Source of the DNA: an uncultured Candidatus Saccharibacteria bacterium | GTDB lineage: Bacteria; Patescibacteriota; Minisyncoccia; Phycocordibacterales; WO2-35-19 | DNA: 64,000 nt | Assembly: GCA_964589445.1 (NCBI GenBank) | Contig: CAZPQX010000002.1 | Coordinates: 352 to 64,351 of the forward strand | Reading direction: 5' to 3' | Shown here: positions 9,494-19,500 of the stretch, piece by piece | Layout: each line of letters begins with the position of its first letter | Position numbering within the stretch: position 1 is the first letter of the stretch | Notes under the pieces: model-generated | Seen by the model: the letters and a program-made list of their open reading frames with translations, nothing else | Database searches by the model: none | What the model was told of the DNA's origin: nothing | Position numbers and translations under genes: made by a program

Positions 9494-10330
9494 ATGTACA
9501 TACTATTTGACATCGGAGGGACGAAGATGAGGATTGCATATTCGGAAAACGGAGAATATTTTGAAGAGCCGAGGGTGGTGGAGACTCCGCATACTTACGA
9601 AGAAGGCAGGAATCTTTTTATAGAGACTGCAAAAGCAGCCGCAAAAGGGAGGGGTATAAAAATGCTTTGTGGAGGTATCGCTGGGCCTTTTGACGAAAAA
9701 AAGAGGTCTCTCGTGGGTAGCCCAAATCTCAAGGATTGGATAGGCAAACCTTTTCTCTCTGAAATATCGAGAGAGTTTGCTGCTCCTGTAAAGATAGAAA
9801 ATGACTCGGCTTTGGTTGGGCTCGGCGAGGCAAAGTTTGGTGCGGGTAGAGAAGACAAAATAGTTGCTTACATCACAATCTCAACTGGTTTTGGTGGTGT
9901 GAGGATTGTAAATCAGAAAATAGATAATAAATCGGTAGGTTTCGAGCCAGGGCACCAGATCATAGATGCAGACAAAACTTTGGTGCCGGATGTGAGTGGG
10001 CTAAGTGCAGACTATATACTTTCTGGTAAAGAAGTTGAAAAAAGAATGGGTGTGAAGCCAAGAGAAATAACCGACCCAGAATTTTGGGAAAGGATGGCGA
10101 AGTATTTGGCATTTGCTTTAAACAATGTAGCTGTCTTTTGGTCGCCTGACTCTATCGTGCTCGGGGGCTCGATGATCACAGGTAGTCCTGCAATATCTGT
10201 TGAAAGGACAGAAGAATATCTCAAAGAAATCTTAAAAATTTATCCTGAGATTCCAAAAATAAAGAAGGCAGAGCTCGGTGACTTTGGGGGGCTGTATGGG
10301 GCTCTAGCGATGCTTTCTTCTGTCTCATAA
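9494..10330 (+). CDS. sugar kinase, ROK/BadF-type ATPase fold (putative glucokinase)
   Basis: MYILFDIGGTKMRIAY phosphate-1 motif. GG...GG dimer/ATP motifs. Adjacent to pgi. Confidence 0.6.
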   Translation: MYILFDIGGTKMRIAYSENGEYFEEPRVVETPHTYEEGRNLFIETAKAAAKGRGIKMLCGGIAGPFDEKKRSLVGSPNLKDWIGKPFLSEISREFAAPVKIENDSALVGLGEAKFGAGREDKIVAYITISTGFGGVRIVNQKIDNKSVGFEPGHQIIDADKTLVPDVSGLSADYILSGKEVEKRMGVKPREITDPEFWERMAKYLAFALNNVAVFWSPDSIVLGGSMITGSPAISVERTEEYLKEILKIYPEIPKIKKAELGDFGGLYGALAMLSSVS

Positions 10331-10488
10331 ATCACCTAGCTTTCTCTCGATTAATTCAAAAATCTTACTCGGTATGTTCTTCGAAAAGCACTTTTAGCCC
10401 GGGAGTGACCATTTTTACTTCTTTGGTTCAAGGCTTTTCTCAGAATCATACCTCAACGATTTTTGAAATTTTTATAAAATGATAATAA

Positions 10489-10526
10489 GGGGTAGGGGTA
10501 GGGGTGGGGCTTTCTTGTGATATAAT
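10489..10526 (+). promoter_or_regulatory. G-quadruplex-capable motif overlapping a TATAAT promoter
   Basis: GGGGTAGGGGTAGGGGTGGGG at 10489-10509, then TATAAT at 10521-10526. Confidence 0.4.
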
Positions 10527-10545
10527 CTGCTGGTTAGTAAAAAAT

Positions 10546-10650
10546 TAAGATCTTCGCAAAATAAATTTTCTCTCGATACGTAAATTTCTTGCTAGAAATT
10601 TTACTTGTCCTCGCGCCAGTCGCGCTGCGGAATCTCGCGAAAAATTATTT
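10546..10650 (+). repeat. conserved intergenic element, copy 1 (second copy at 45573-45685)
   Basis: About 80% identity over about 100 nt with the grpE-upstream region. Shared CTCGATACG-AAATTT-TTGCTA-AAATTT and GCGCCAGTCGCGCTSCGGAATCTCGC core. Confidence 0.6.
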
Positions 10651-10677
10651 TGCTTAAGATCTACTAAAAAATAAAAA

Positions 10678-10908
10678 ATGGGAATAAAAAATTTTTTGAT
10701 GCGGAAAATGATGGAAAGTAAGATGAAGGGTATACCACAAGACCAACAGGAAAAAATGATAGCAATGATAGAGAAGAACCCAGAGCTTTTCCAAAAGATA
10801 GCTATTGAAATGCAAGAAGAAATGAAAAAAGGCAAAAGTGAGATGGACGCAGCTATGGCTGTGATGCCAAAGTATAAGGATGAATTACAAAAATTAAACT
10901 TAAACTAA
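10678..10908 (+). CDS. small helical charged protein (hypothetical)
   Basis: 76-aa Lys/Glu/Met-rich ORF immediately downstream of the conserved element. Adjacent to the NQO gene. Confidence 0.45.
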   Translation: MGIKNFLMRKMMESKMKGIPQDQQEKMIAMIEKNPELFQKIAIEMQEEMKKGKSEMDAAMAVMPKYKDELQKLNLN

Positions 10909-10911
10909 AGA

Positions 10912-11484
10912 ATGAAGAAAATTTTTATTTTTGTTGGGCACCCGGATACAGAGAGCTTTAATAGGCAGCTTGCATACTCATATGCAGATGGGGCTAGGGA
11001 AGCGGGGCATGAGGTAAGGATAAAAAATTTGAGTGAGCTAAAGTTTGACCCGATACTTCACCGTGGATACAGGGAGATACAAGAGCTCGAGCCAGACCTA
11101 AAAGCCGTACAAGAAGATATAAAGTGGTGCGAACATTTCGTGATCATTTACCCTTCGTGGTGGTCTACTATGCCAGCACTACTCAAAGGATTTTTTGACA
11201 GAGTGTGGCTGCCTGGCTTTGCATTCAAATTCCGCCCCAATGGTCTGTGGTGGGACGGTTTGCTCAAGGGTAGGACTGCAAGAGTCTTTGTCACATCTGA
11301 TGCGCCACCTTTCTTTACTCGTATAATCTTTGGTGACACTACAAACGAAATACGCAAAGGGATACTCTGGTTTGGAGGTCTTTCGGTATCTGTCAAAAAG
11401 ATCGGTCCATTAAAAAGGATAAGTGAAGAAAAGAAACAAAAATGGCTAAATAAGCTAAGGGGTTGGGGCAAAAAAGCTTACTAA
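10912..11484 (+). CDS. NAD(P)H dehydrogenase (quinone), flavodoxin-like fold (MdaB/KefF family)
   Basis: MKKIFIFVGHPDTESFN...FVIIYPSWW, typical of Flavodoxin_2. Confidence 0.75.
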   Translation: MKKIFIFVGHPDTESFNRQLAYSYADGAREAGHEVRIKNLSELKFDPILHRGYREIQELEPDLKAVQEDIKWCEHFVIIYPSWWSTMPALLKGFFDRVWLPGFAFKFRPNGLWWDGLLKGRTARVFVTSDAPPFFTRIIFGDTTNEIRKGILWFGGLSVSVKKIGPLKRISEEKKQKWLNKLRGWGKKAY

Positions 11485-11554
11485 TTTTTTTGGTTTATTT
11501 TACAAAACAGTGCTCACTTCTGAGCACTGTTTTGTTTTGTGATATATTTGCAAT

Positions 11555-12064
11555 GTGGAAAGTAAAAAGTTCGAAAATTATGTAAATCAAAATATTGGTG
11601 CCGTTTATAACTTTTGTTTCAGAATGCTTCAAGATGGGGGCTTGGCTGAAGATGCAACGCAAGAAGTATTTATAAAGGTTTGGAAGAACTTTTCAAAGGT
11701 AGACGAACAATTTAATCCAAAAGCTTGGCTATTTAAAATTGCCAGGAATACGACAATTGATATTTTGAGAAAGAAAAAGAATATTACATTTTCAATGATG
11801 GAAACTGAGGAGCAGACTTTTGCTGAAACTATAAAAGATGATGAGCCTCTTGCATATGAGGTATTTGAAAATAAAGAGAAGCTCTTAGAAATAGAAAATA
11901 TATTGTCACAGATTGACCCAGAGCTGAAAGAAATAATTATTTTGCACGACACGGAGGGTCTGACTTTTAAAGAATTATCTGAGGTGTTGGGCAGGCCGCT
12001 CAATACAATAAAAAGCCAATATAGGCGAGTTTTGCACCAAATCCGCTCAAAGCTTCGTATATAG
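11555..12064 (+). CDS. ECF-type RNA polymerase sigma factor
   Basis: Sigma70 region 2 (FIKVW, DATQEVF) and region 4 HTH (LTFKELSEVLGRPLNTIKSQYRR). Confidence 0.8.
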   Translation: MESKKFENYVNQNIGAVYNFCFRMLQDGGLAEDATQEVFIKVWKNFSKVDEQFNPKAWLFKIARNTTIDILRKKKNITFSMMETEEQTFAETIKDDEPLAYEVFENKEKLLEIENILSQIDPELKEIIILHDTEGLTFKELSEVLGRPLNTIKSQYRRVLHQIRSKLRI

Positions 12065-12067
12065 AGT

Positions 12068-12460
12068 ATGGAGTATAGATTTTTTTCCAAATTAGCCAGG
12101 GCAGAAGTGCCAAATGGCTTAAACGAACGTGTTTTGAATAACGTGTATCAGAGGGCTCAATTTTTAGAAAAAAGGAATTTCAAAATTTTTGCCTTTGCTG
12201 GTGCTACCTCTTTTTTAGCAATGGTACTTTCTCTATATCAACTTTTTGAAAATGCTAAACAAAGTGGATTTTTCAGTTATCTATCATTGCTTCTGTCAGA
12301 GAGGATAAACATTGTATATTATTGGAAAGAATTATCTTTTTCTCTCGTTGAGTCTATGCCTCTCCTATCTTCCTTGTTTCTCCTTGCTTCTCTCGGGTCT
12401 ACTCTTTTGTGGGTTTCAAAAATATTTGCGGATACAAAGCAGCTTAAAATAGTAATTTAA
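12068..12460 (+). CDS. membrane protein, putative anti-sigma factor
   Basis: Position directly after the ECF sigma. Two or three TM segments. Confidence 0.4.
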   Translation: MEYRFFSKLARAEVPNGLNERVLNNVYQRAQFLEKRNFKIFAFAGATSFLAMVLSLYQLFENAKQSGFFSYLSLLLSERINIVYYWKELSFSLVESMPLLSSLFLLASLGSTLLWVSKIFADTKQLKIVI

Positions 12461-12465
12461 AAAAA

Positions 12466-12942
12466 ATGGATACAGAAAAAATATTAAAATCGAAGGCACT
12501 CAAAAAAGTATTGATAGGATTTTCTTTGGTGGTTTTGCTCTTCGTGGCTTTGAGAGTTGGTGTAGCTATCGGTTATCACAAAGCGAGGTTTGCTGGTAAT
12601 TTCAATCATAACTTTGAAAGAAATTTCATGGGGCAAAGAGGTGGGATGAAAATGATTTTTAGTGATAGGGCGCCGGGTGGGCATGGGGCTGTGGGTAAGG
12701 TAGTAAGTATAAACCTGCCTGAGATAGTCGTAGCTGGACCAGACAATTTTGAAAAGACTGTAGTTTTCGGTACTACTACTTTGTTTAGAAAGTTTCAAGA
12801 AGAAATAACATCTTCAGAAATAAAAGAGGGTGATTTTGTGGTGGTGCTGGGGAACCCGAATGAAGATGGTAAGGTAGAAGCTTCTTTGTTGAGGATAATG
12901 CCAGAGCCAGAAAGAAGAGTTAAAAGAATAATGCCTAGATAA
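12466..12942 (+). CDS. membrane-anchored protein (hypothetical)
   Basis: N-terminal TM helix plus soluble domain. In-operon. Confidence 0.4.
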   Translation: MDTEKILKSKALKKVLIGFSLVVLLFVALRVGVAIGYHKARFAGNFNHNFERNFMGQRGGMKMIFSDRAPGGHGAVGKVVSINLPEIVVAGPDNFEKTVVFGTTTLFRKFQEEITSSEIKEGDFVVVLGNPNEDGKVEASLLRIMPEPERRVKRIMPR

Positions 12943-12943
12943 T

Positions 12944-14575
12944 ATGTTTTTTATAAAAATAAAAAAGTGGATTTTTTCACACAAGAAAATTAGTTTGTTT
13001 TTAATCATTGCCCTTGTTTTTGGTGGCTACAAGGTTTGGGCTAGTTTCAATCAAGACGAAGGCACTACAGAGTACCTGACTGCTATTGCTGAAAAAGGGG
13101 AAATAGTTTCTTCGGTGACTGGTACTGGGCAGGTTTCTGCATCAAACAGAGTTGATGTGGTGGCTGAAGTTTCAGGAGATGTGGTCTCTGTGCCTGTAAA
13201 GCTCGGAAACCCAGTAAGTAAAGGTGCTACTCTTGCGTATCTTGATTCGCGTGATGCTAGTAGGGCTGTTGAAAATGCAGAACTTTCTTTAGAGAATGCA
13301 AAAATATCTTATGAAAAAGCAAAAAAACAAGCAGCTGACCAGACTGAAGGCTCATCTATATCTGACATAAATAAATCATACGAAGATGGCTATACCGCCG
13401 TTTCAAATGCAATGATAGATATCCCCGACATTGTTTCTGGAACTGATGATATTTTTTATAACCCGTCACACTCTGCATATTTCGGAGATGTAAATATAAG
13501 ATCAACGGCTGGGGAGACTGCTATAACTTATAAATACGAAGCAGGTAGGATGTTTGATCGTACAAAAGCTGATTATCAAAAAATATTTCTTGATTATAAA
13601 AAGGTAAAAGTTTCTAATAGAGAAGATTTGGTAGCGTTGATTGAAGATACTTATAGTGCTGTCAAAGCTCTCCACTCCTCTCTTGTTTCTACATATAACA
13701 CCATAGACTATATTAAACAGAGGACGGATGCAGAAAATGTGCCAGCCGAGATAGCAACTGATAAAAATTATTTAAACTCAGCGATAGCTGAACTTAGTGG
13801 ACATATGACTTCTCTTTCAAATGCCCTCACTGATATAGAGGATGCAAAGGATAGCTCCACAGAAGCCACACTTGATCTAAAGTCGGCCGAGCTCGCTGTA
13901 AGTAAAGCGGAAGATGATTTGAGAAATGCTAAAGAAGATCTCGCAAACCATGCTATTAGAGCTCCTTTTTCAGGTGTCGTAGGTAAGGTTGATGTAGAGG
14001 TGGGTGATAAGATTTCTTCAAATGGGGCGGTCGCAACTATCATCACTGATGAAAAACTTGCCGAAGTCTCCTTAAATGAAGTAGACATAGCCAAAATAGA
14101 AAATGGACAGAAGGCTAGTGTCACTTTTGACGCTATCGATGATCTTAAAATCAGTGGCACTGTGAGTGAAATCGACTTGCTGGGGACTGTAAACCAGGGA
14201 GTGGTCAGTTATACTGTAAAAATTGCTTTTGATTCTAATGATGATCGTATAAAAACAGGGATGAGTCTTTCGGCTTCTATTTTTACAGAAAAAAAGGAGG
14301 GTGTAGTGCGTGTACCAAACTCGGCTGTCAAATCAAGGGCTGGGATGAGTTATGTTGAGAGGAAAAATGTTGATGGGTCTATCGTGCAGATACCTGTAAG
14401 GGTAGGTATCTCAAATGATGAATTTTCAGAAATAGTTTCTGGTTTGAATGAGGGTGAGAGTTTTGTGGTAAGGACGATCTCGGGTTCTTCAAATGCGTCT
14501 GCCACTCAGGCACCAAGTATATTTGGGGGTACGAGAGGCGCGGGCACAGGAGGTGCTAGATTTCAAGCAAGATAA
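12944..14575 (+). CDS. efflux periplasmic adaptor (HlyD/MacA-like membrane fusion protein)
   Basis: N-terminal TM, long coiled-coil region, C-terminal beta-barrel motifs (RAPFSGVVGKVDVEVGD). Confidence 0.75.
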   Translation: MFFIKIKKWIFSHKKISLFLIIALVFGGYKVWASFNQDEGTTEYLTAIAEKGEIVSSVTGTGQVSASNRVDVVAEVSGDVVSVPVKLGNPVSKGATLAYLDSRDASRAVENAELSLENAKISYEKAKKQAADQTEGSSISDINKSYEDGYTAVSNAMIDIPDIVSGTDDIFYNPSHSAYFGDVNIRSTAGETAITYKYEAGRMFDRTKADYQKIFLDYKKVKVSNREDLVALIEDTYSAVKALHSSLVSTYNTIDYIKQRTDAENVPAEIATDKNYLNSAIAELSGHMTSLSNALTDIEDAKDSSTEATLDLKSAELAVSKAEDDLRNAKEDLANHAIRAPFSGVVGKVDVEVGDKISSNGAVATIITDEKLAEVSLNEVDIAKIENGQKASVTFDAIDDLKISGTVSEIDLLGTVNQGVVSYTVKIAFDSNDDRIKTGMSLSASIFTEKKEGVVRVPNSAVKSRAGMSYVERKNVDGSIVQIPVRVGISNDEFSEIVSGLNEGESFVVRTISGSSNASATQAPSIFGGTRGAGTGGARFQAR

Positions 14576-15265
14576 ATGATTGAAATAAAAAACATAACCA
14601 AAACTTACAAGACGGGTGACATAGAGTTCGAGGCTCTTCGTGGTGTTAGTTTTAAAATAGAAGATGGAGAGTTTGTGGCTATCATGGGACCTTCTGGTTC
14701 GGGCAAGTCGACACTCATGCATATACTCGGAGCACTCGATACTCCTACATCTGGTACCTATCTTTTAGACGACAAAGATGTCTCGAGTTTTAGTGACGAT
14801 GATCTTGCTGAAATAAGAAAAAATAAAATTGGTTTTGTTTTCCAATCTTTCAATTTGCTGCCGAGGACTACTGTACTTAGAAATGTGATGTTGCCTCTCG
14901 TGTATTCTGGGGTTGGAGAGGAGGAGAGGGAGGCGAGAGCTAGGGCTTCTTTGATTTCTGCTGGACTTGATGAGGCTCACTTTTTTCATAAATCAAATGA
15001 ACTCTCTGGTGGTCAGATACAGCGTGTCGCTATCGCTCGCGCCCTTGTGAATGAGCCGTCTCTAATACTGGCGGACGAGCCTACGGGAAATTTGGATTCT
15101 AAGACAGGTGAAATAGTCCTGGGGACTTTTGAAGAGCTCAATAAAAAATTTGGTAGGACTATCATACTCATCACTCATGAGCAGGATGTAGCACTGCACG
15201 CAGACAGGATAATTTTTATAAAAGATGGACTGATAGTTGAAGACAGACTCAATAATAAAAAATAA
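14576..15265 (+). CDS. ABC transporter ATP-binding protein (MacB/LolD/FtsE family)
   Basis: GPSGSGKST Walker A, LSGGQIQRVAIARAL signature, ILADEPTGNLD Walker B. Confidence 0.9.
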   Translation: MIEIKNITKTYKTGDIEFEALRGVSFKIEDGEFVAIMGPSGSGKSTLMHILGALDTPTSGTYLLDDKDVSSFSDDDLAEIRKNKIGFVFQSFNLLPRTTVLRNVMLPLVYSGVGEEEREARARASLISAGLDEAHFFHKSNELSGGQIQRVAIARALVNEPSLILADEPTGNLDSKTGEIVLGTFEELNKKFGRTIILITHEQDVALHADRIIFIKDGLIVEDRLNNKK

Positions 15266-15271
15266 AATTAA

Positions 15272-16495
15272 ATGAAAATATCTGATGTCATAGATGAAAC
15301 ATATTCGGCTCTACTCGCAAATAAAGTAAGGACTGGGCTAACGATACTCGGTATAGTGATAGGTATTGCCTCTGTCATTGCTATGGTCTCCATTGGTGCT
15401 GGGGCACAAGGAGCTATAGAGTCTAGTATCCAATCCATCGGCTCGAACCTTGTCACTGTTTACCCAGGTGCTCAGGCTGGCGTGGGTAGTCAGGTGAGCT
15501 CAGGTAGGGGCTCGGCGAGGACCCTCACTAAAGAAGACGCCGACGCTATATTGGGAGAAGTCGTCAATGTCAGTGCAGTTTCTCCTGAAATTTCAGGAAG
15601 GTATCAGGTGACGGCAAAGGGATCAAACACCAACACATCTGTCATTGGTGTGACAGATGCTTATGCATCAGTGAGGAACCTCGAAGTAGAAGAAGGTGTA
15701 TTTGTATCTTCTCAAAATGTAAATAACTATTCTAAAGTTGCTGTTATAGGTCCTGCTGTCAGGGATGATCTTTTTGGTGAAGATGTTTATGTTATAGGTA
15801 AAGCCATAAGGATCAAGAATGTTCAGTTTACTATCGTGGGTGTGACAAAAGAGAAAGGTGGCAGTGGATTTTCAAATACTGATGATATGATATTTGTACC
15901 CCTCTCAAGCGCCCAAAGATTTTTGCTTGGTGATAATTATGTTTCAACTATCGGTGTGCAAGCTTCTGATTCGAAAGTGATGGAGCAAGTCGAAACCGAT
16001 ATCACCACTCTTTTACTCGAAAGGCACAAGATTTCTGACCCTGAGGCTGCTGACTTTAGTACTCTAAACCAAGCTGACATATTGGCTACCGCGTCTTCTG
16101 TGACTGATACATTTACTATACTTCTCGGGTCTGTGGCAGGTATTTCTCTTTTGGTTGGAGGTATCGGTATCATGAATATGATGCTGACTACTGTTACTGA
16201 AAGGACTAAAGAAATAGGTTTGCGTAAAGCTATTGGTGCCAAGTCGCGAGATATAAATTTTCAGTTTTTGACCGAAGCCGTGATGCTCACTTTTAGCGGG
16301 GGAGCTATAGGTGTGGCTTTGGGGTGGCTGACCTCGTTTCTGATCACATATTCGGGCGTACTACAAACAGAAGTGACTTTGAACTCCGTGCTCTTGGCTT
16401 TCGGTATCTCGGCTCTGATAGGGATAGTTTTTGGATACTACCCGGCACAAAGAGCAGCCAAGCTGAACCCAATAGAGGCATTGAGGTATGAGTAG
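15272..16495 (+). CDS. ABC transporter permease (FtsX/MacB-type)
   Basis: N-terminal TM, large periplasmic domain, C-terminal FtsX 3-TM module. Confidence 0.8.
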   Translation: MKISDVIDETYSALLANKVRTGLTILGIVIGIASVIAMVSIGAGAQGAIESSIQSIGSNLVTVYPGAQAGVGSQVSSGRGSARTLTKEDADAILGEVVNVSAVSPEISGRYQVTAKGSNTNTSVIGVTDAYASVRNLEVEEGVFVSSQNVNNYSKVAVIGPAVRDDLFGEDVYVIGKAIRIKNVQFTIVGVTKEKGGSGFSNTDDMIFVPLSSAQRFLLGDNYVSTIGVQASDSKVMEQVETDITTLLLERHKISDPEAADFSTLNQADILATASSVTDTFTILLGSVAGISLLVGGIGIMNMMLTTVTERTKEIGLRKAIGAKSRDINFQFLTEAVMLTFSGGAIGVALGWLTSFLITYSGVLQTEVTLNSVLLAFGISALIGIVFGYYPAQRAAKLNPIEALRYE

Positions 16496-16593
16496 ATTTT
16501 TCTCAAGCCTCTCATTTTGATATCTACAACCAACTCTGGATATTTTGGAAATAGGGAATACAATATTGTGTAATTAATATTTTCCCTAAGGGA

Positions 16594-19500
16594 ATGAAAA
16601 AAGTAACAATAAGTTTGTTGTTTGTGCTCTCTCTATTTGGTTTATTTTCTCCAAATTTTGCAAGTGCGGAGAATGTTTTTGTGTCAGGTGCTATCACTTC
16701 TGATACGACCTGGGTGTCTTCAAATGTGTATGTGATCAATAGTAGTTTTTCTGTGGACCTTGGGGTCACTTTGACCATAAGCCCGGGGACTGTGATAAAG
16801 GCTAGGAACACAGGTGCTGGAGGTCCTAGTATTTACGGCAGTTTGATTGCTTTGGGTACAGAAGAGAGCCCGATAATTTTTACTTCTTCAAATGATGACA
16901 GTTTCTCTGGAAGCTTAGATGAATACGAGAGTGTGGGTAGCCCCGGTGATTGGCAGGGTTTGTATTTTAAGCCTGGCTCTACTGGGAAATTTGACCATGT
17001 CCATCTTTCGTATGGTGGGTACGGCGGCTCGGGGTACGGTAATTTTGTAGGTATAGAAAATGATGGTGGAAATGTAGAAATCAAAAATTCTAAGATTTTT
17101 GATAATCACAAAATAGTCTCAAACGGAGCCGGAGGTGTGATGACTGCAGGAAGTGGAGTTTCCAATAAATCAGGAGATCTTTCTATTCAAAATTCTGTGA
17201 TTGAAAATAGTATGGTTGGGGTGAGGGTCAGCGCAGGCAATATTTCTATATCCGGAACTACTTTTAGAAATAATGTTGATAGTACGGGCCAGGGAAATGG
17301 GTATGGTATTTATACTTCTGGGTCTGATTCTCTAACTCTTTTGAATAATGTTTTTGAAGGCAATAAAAGAACTGCTCATATCCGTGTTGCACCCAACTTT
17401 GTGCATGGTGGGAATATGAGTAATGATCAGACTAACAGAGGTTTTGAGATAGACGGTGATTTGTCCGGGGAGGTCGTTCTGTCTAGTGGAGATATCCCTT
17501 ATATAGTGGGACATCTGATCATAAATCCTTCTGGCAAAATGGTCGTTGAACCAGGGGCAATTTTGAAGATGAATGATTTTGTCGCTTCGGGTGCGATTTA
17601 TGTGAACGGGGGAATTTTAGAATTTCGCGGTACTCCAGAAAATAAAATTTACATTACATCACTCCGAGACGATACTATTGGAGGGGACACAAATGGGGAC
17701 GGTGACCTCACTCTTCCTGCTCTCAAAAATTGGGCTTCTATATTTTTAGAAAATGGCTCGAATGCTTTGTTTGAAAATGTGGAGCTTGGTTATGGAGGGT
17801 ACAATTGGAATGGTGAATATTTAAATATTGGTGCTGCTATATATCAAAGAGGTGCTGAACTTTCTATAAAGAATTCTGTTTTTCATCACAATAGGACAGC
17901 GGATATTTTTACAGATGGAGGAAATACACAAATTTTTGGTAGCGAATTTGAGGGTAGTGATTATGGTATTTGGTCGCGAGGCGGCAGTACCACTGTATCA
18001 AACTCTAGCTTTACAAATCATGTTGGCCTTGGTGTTTATGGCGAGTCGGGGCCACAAGTGGATGCCAGGAATAATTGGTGGGGGAGTATTGATGGGCCGA
18101 AAGATACTTCAGATCCAAATCCGACGGGCAACGGAGATAAAATCCAGGGTAATGTAAATTACGCACCATTTCTCACTTCATGGCCCCCTTCGACAGAAAA
18201 AGTTATCAACCCGGTGATTATTGTTCCGGGGATTATGGGGTCTGCTTACAAAAATGGAAATTGGGTGATAGATCCTGTTTTTCATGTTTATGACAATTTG
18301 ATCGAAACGTTAGAGAAAAATGGATACACAAAAGGAGAAAATCTGTTCCCTTGGGGGTACGATTGGAAAAATTCAAATACAGAAAGTGCGTTACTCTTGA
18401 AGCAAAAAATTGATGAGATAAAAAATATATGTGGTTGTGAAGAAGTTGATATTGTCGCTCACTCTATGGGCGGTCTTGTAACTAGGGCATATGTCCAATC
18501 TGAAAATTATGAAAACGATATTGATCAAATTATTTTCTTAGGCACTCCACATAGAGGGGCGCCGAAAGATTATTTAACTTGGGAAGCGGCAGAACTTTCA
18601 CCGGATGCTTTTAATTTTTTTATAGAATCTCATTATAAGAAAGAAGCCAAAAAGTTAGGGTACAGTAACCTTTTCGAATATATCCATGATTGGCCTATAA
18701 AATCTGTGGAGGAACTCTTGTCGACTTCAAATTACTTGTACAGTGCTACTAGCAGCCAAACCTTAATTTATCCAATGGGCTACCCACGCAACATATTTCT
18801 GGAAAATTTAAACCAAGGGATTGTTGCTTTTCTTGAAGAAGATATTGATATTGCAAATATAATATCTAAAGCAAAGGACACTATAACGGGACTGAGGGTT
18901 GTTAATTCAAACAAACTTCCTTTGTGGCAACATGGCTACCCAGAAAATTATGACAGTAATACGGGAGACAAGGGTCTTATATTCGGTCTAGGTGATGGTA
19001 CTGTACCAGAGATAAATGCTTCTTTGGGCGAAAGAGTGGATATTTTTATATCCTCTGATCATGTTAATCTTCCTACAGATGCGATGGAAGAAATATTTGA
19101 TGAAATACATGGGGGAGAATTGGTAGACCCCGTAAAAACTTCTTTGCCACTTAAAATTTTGTTTGCCAAGATATTTTCACCAGCTGATTTTGTAATAATT
19201 GCTCCTGATGGGAAGAAGGTTGGAAAGAACTTCTCGACTGGACAGGAAATAAATGAAATACCAGGATCTTTCTACTCTGGATTTGACGGAGATGATGAAT
19301 ACGTGACCATCCCCGACCCAATGGACGGGGAATATAAAATTGAGCTTCAGGGAACTGGCTCGGGAGGGTCTTATCGTTTTGAGACTACCTACATAACAGA
19401 AGCTACTTCTACAACTGCCGAAGTTTCGGGGGTTACTGCACCAAATCAAATTACCAATCTTAAGGTTGGTATTGATAGTGAAAAACCAAATCAAACAAAA

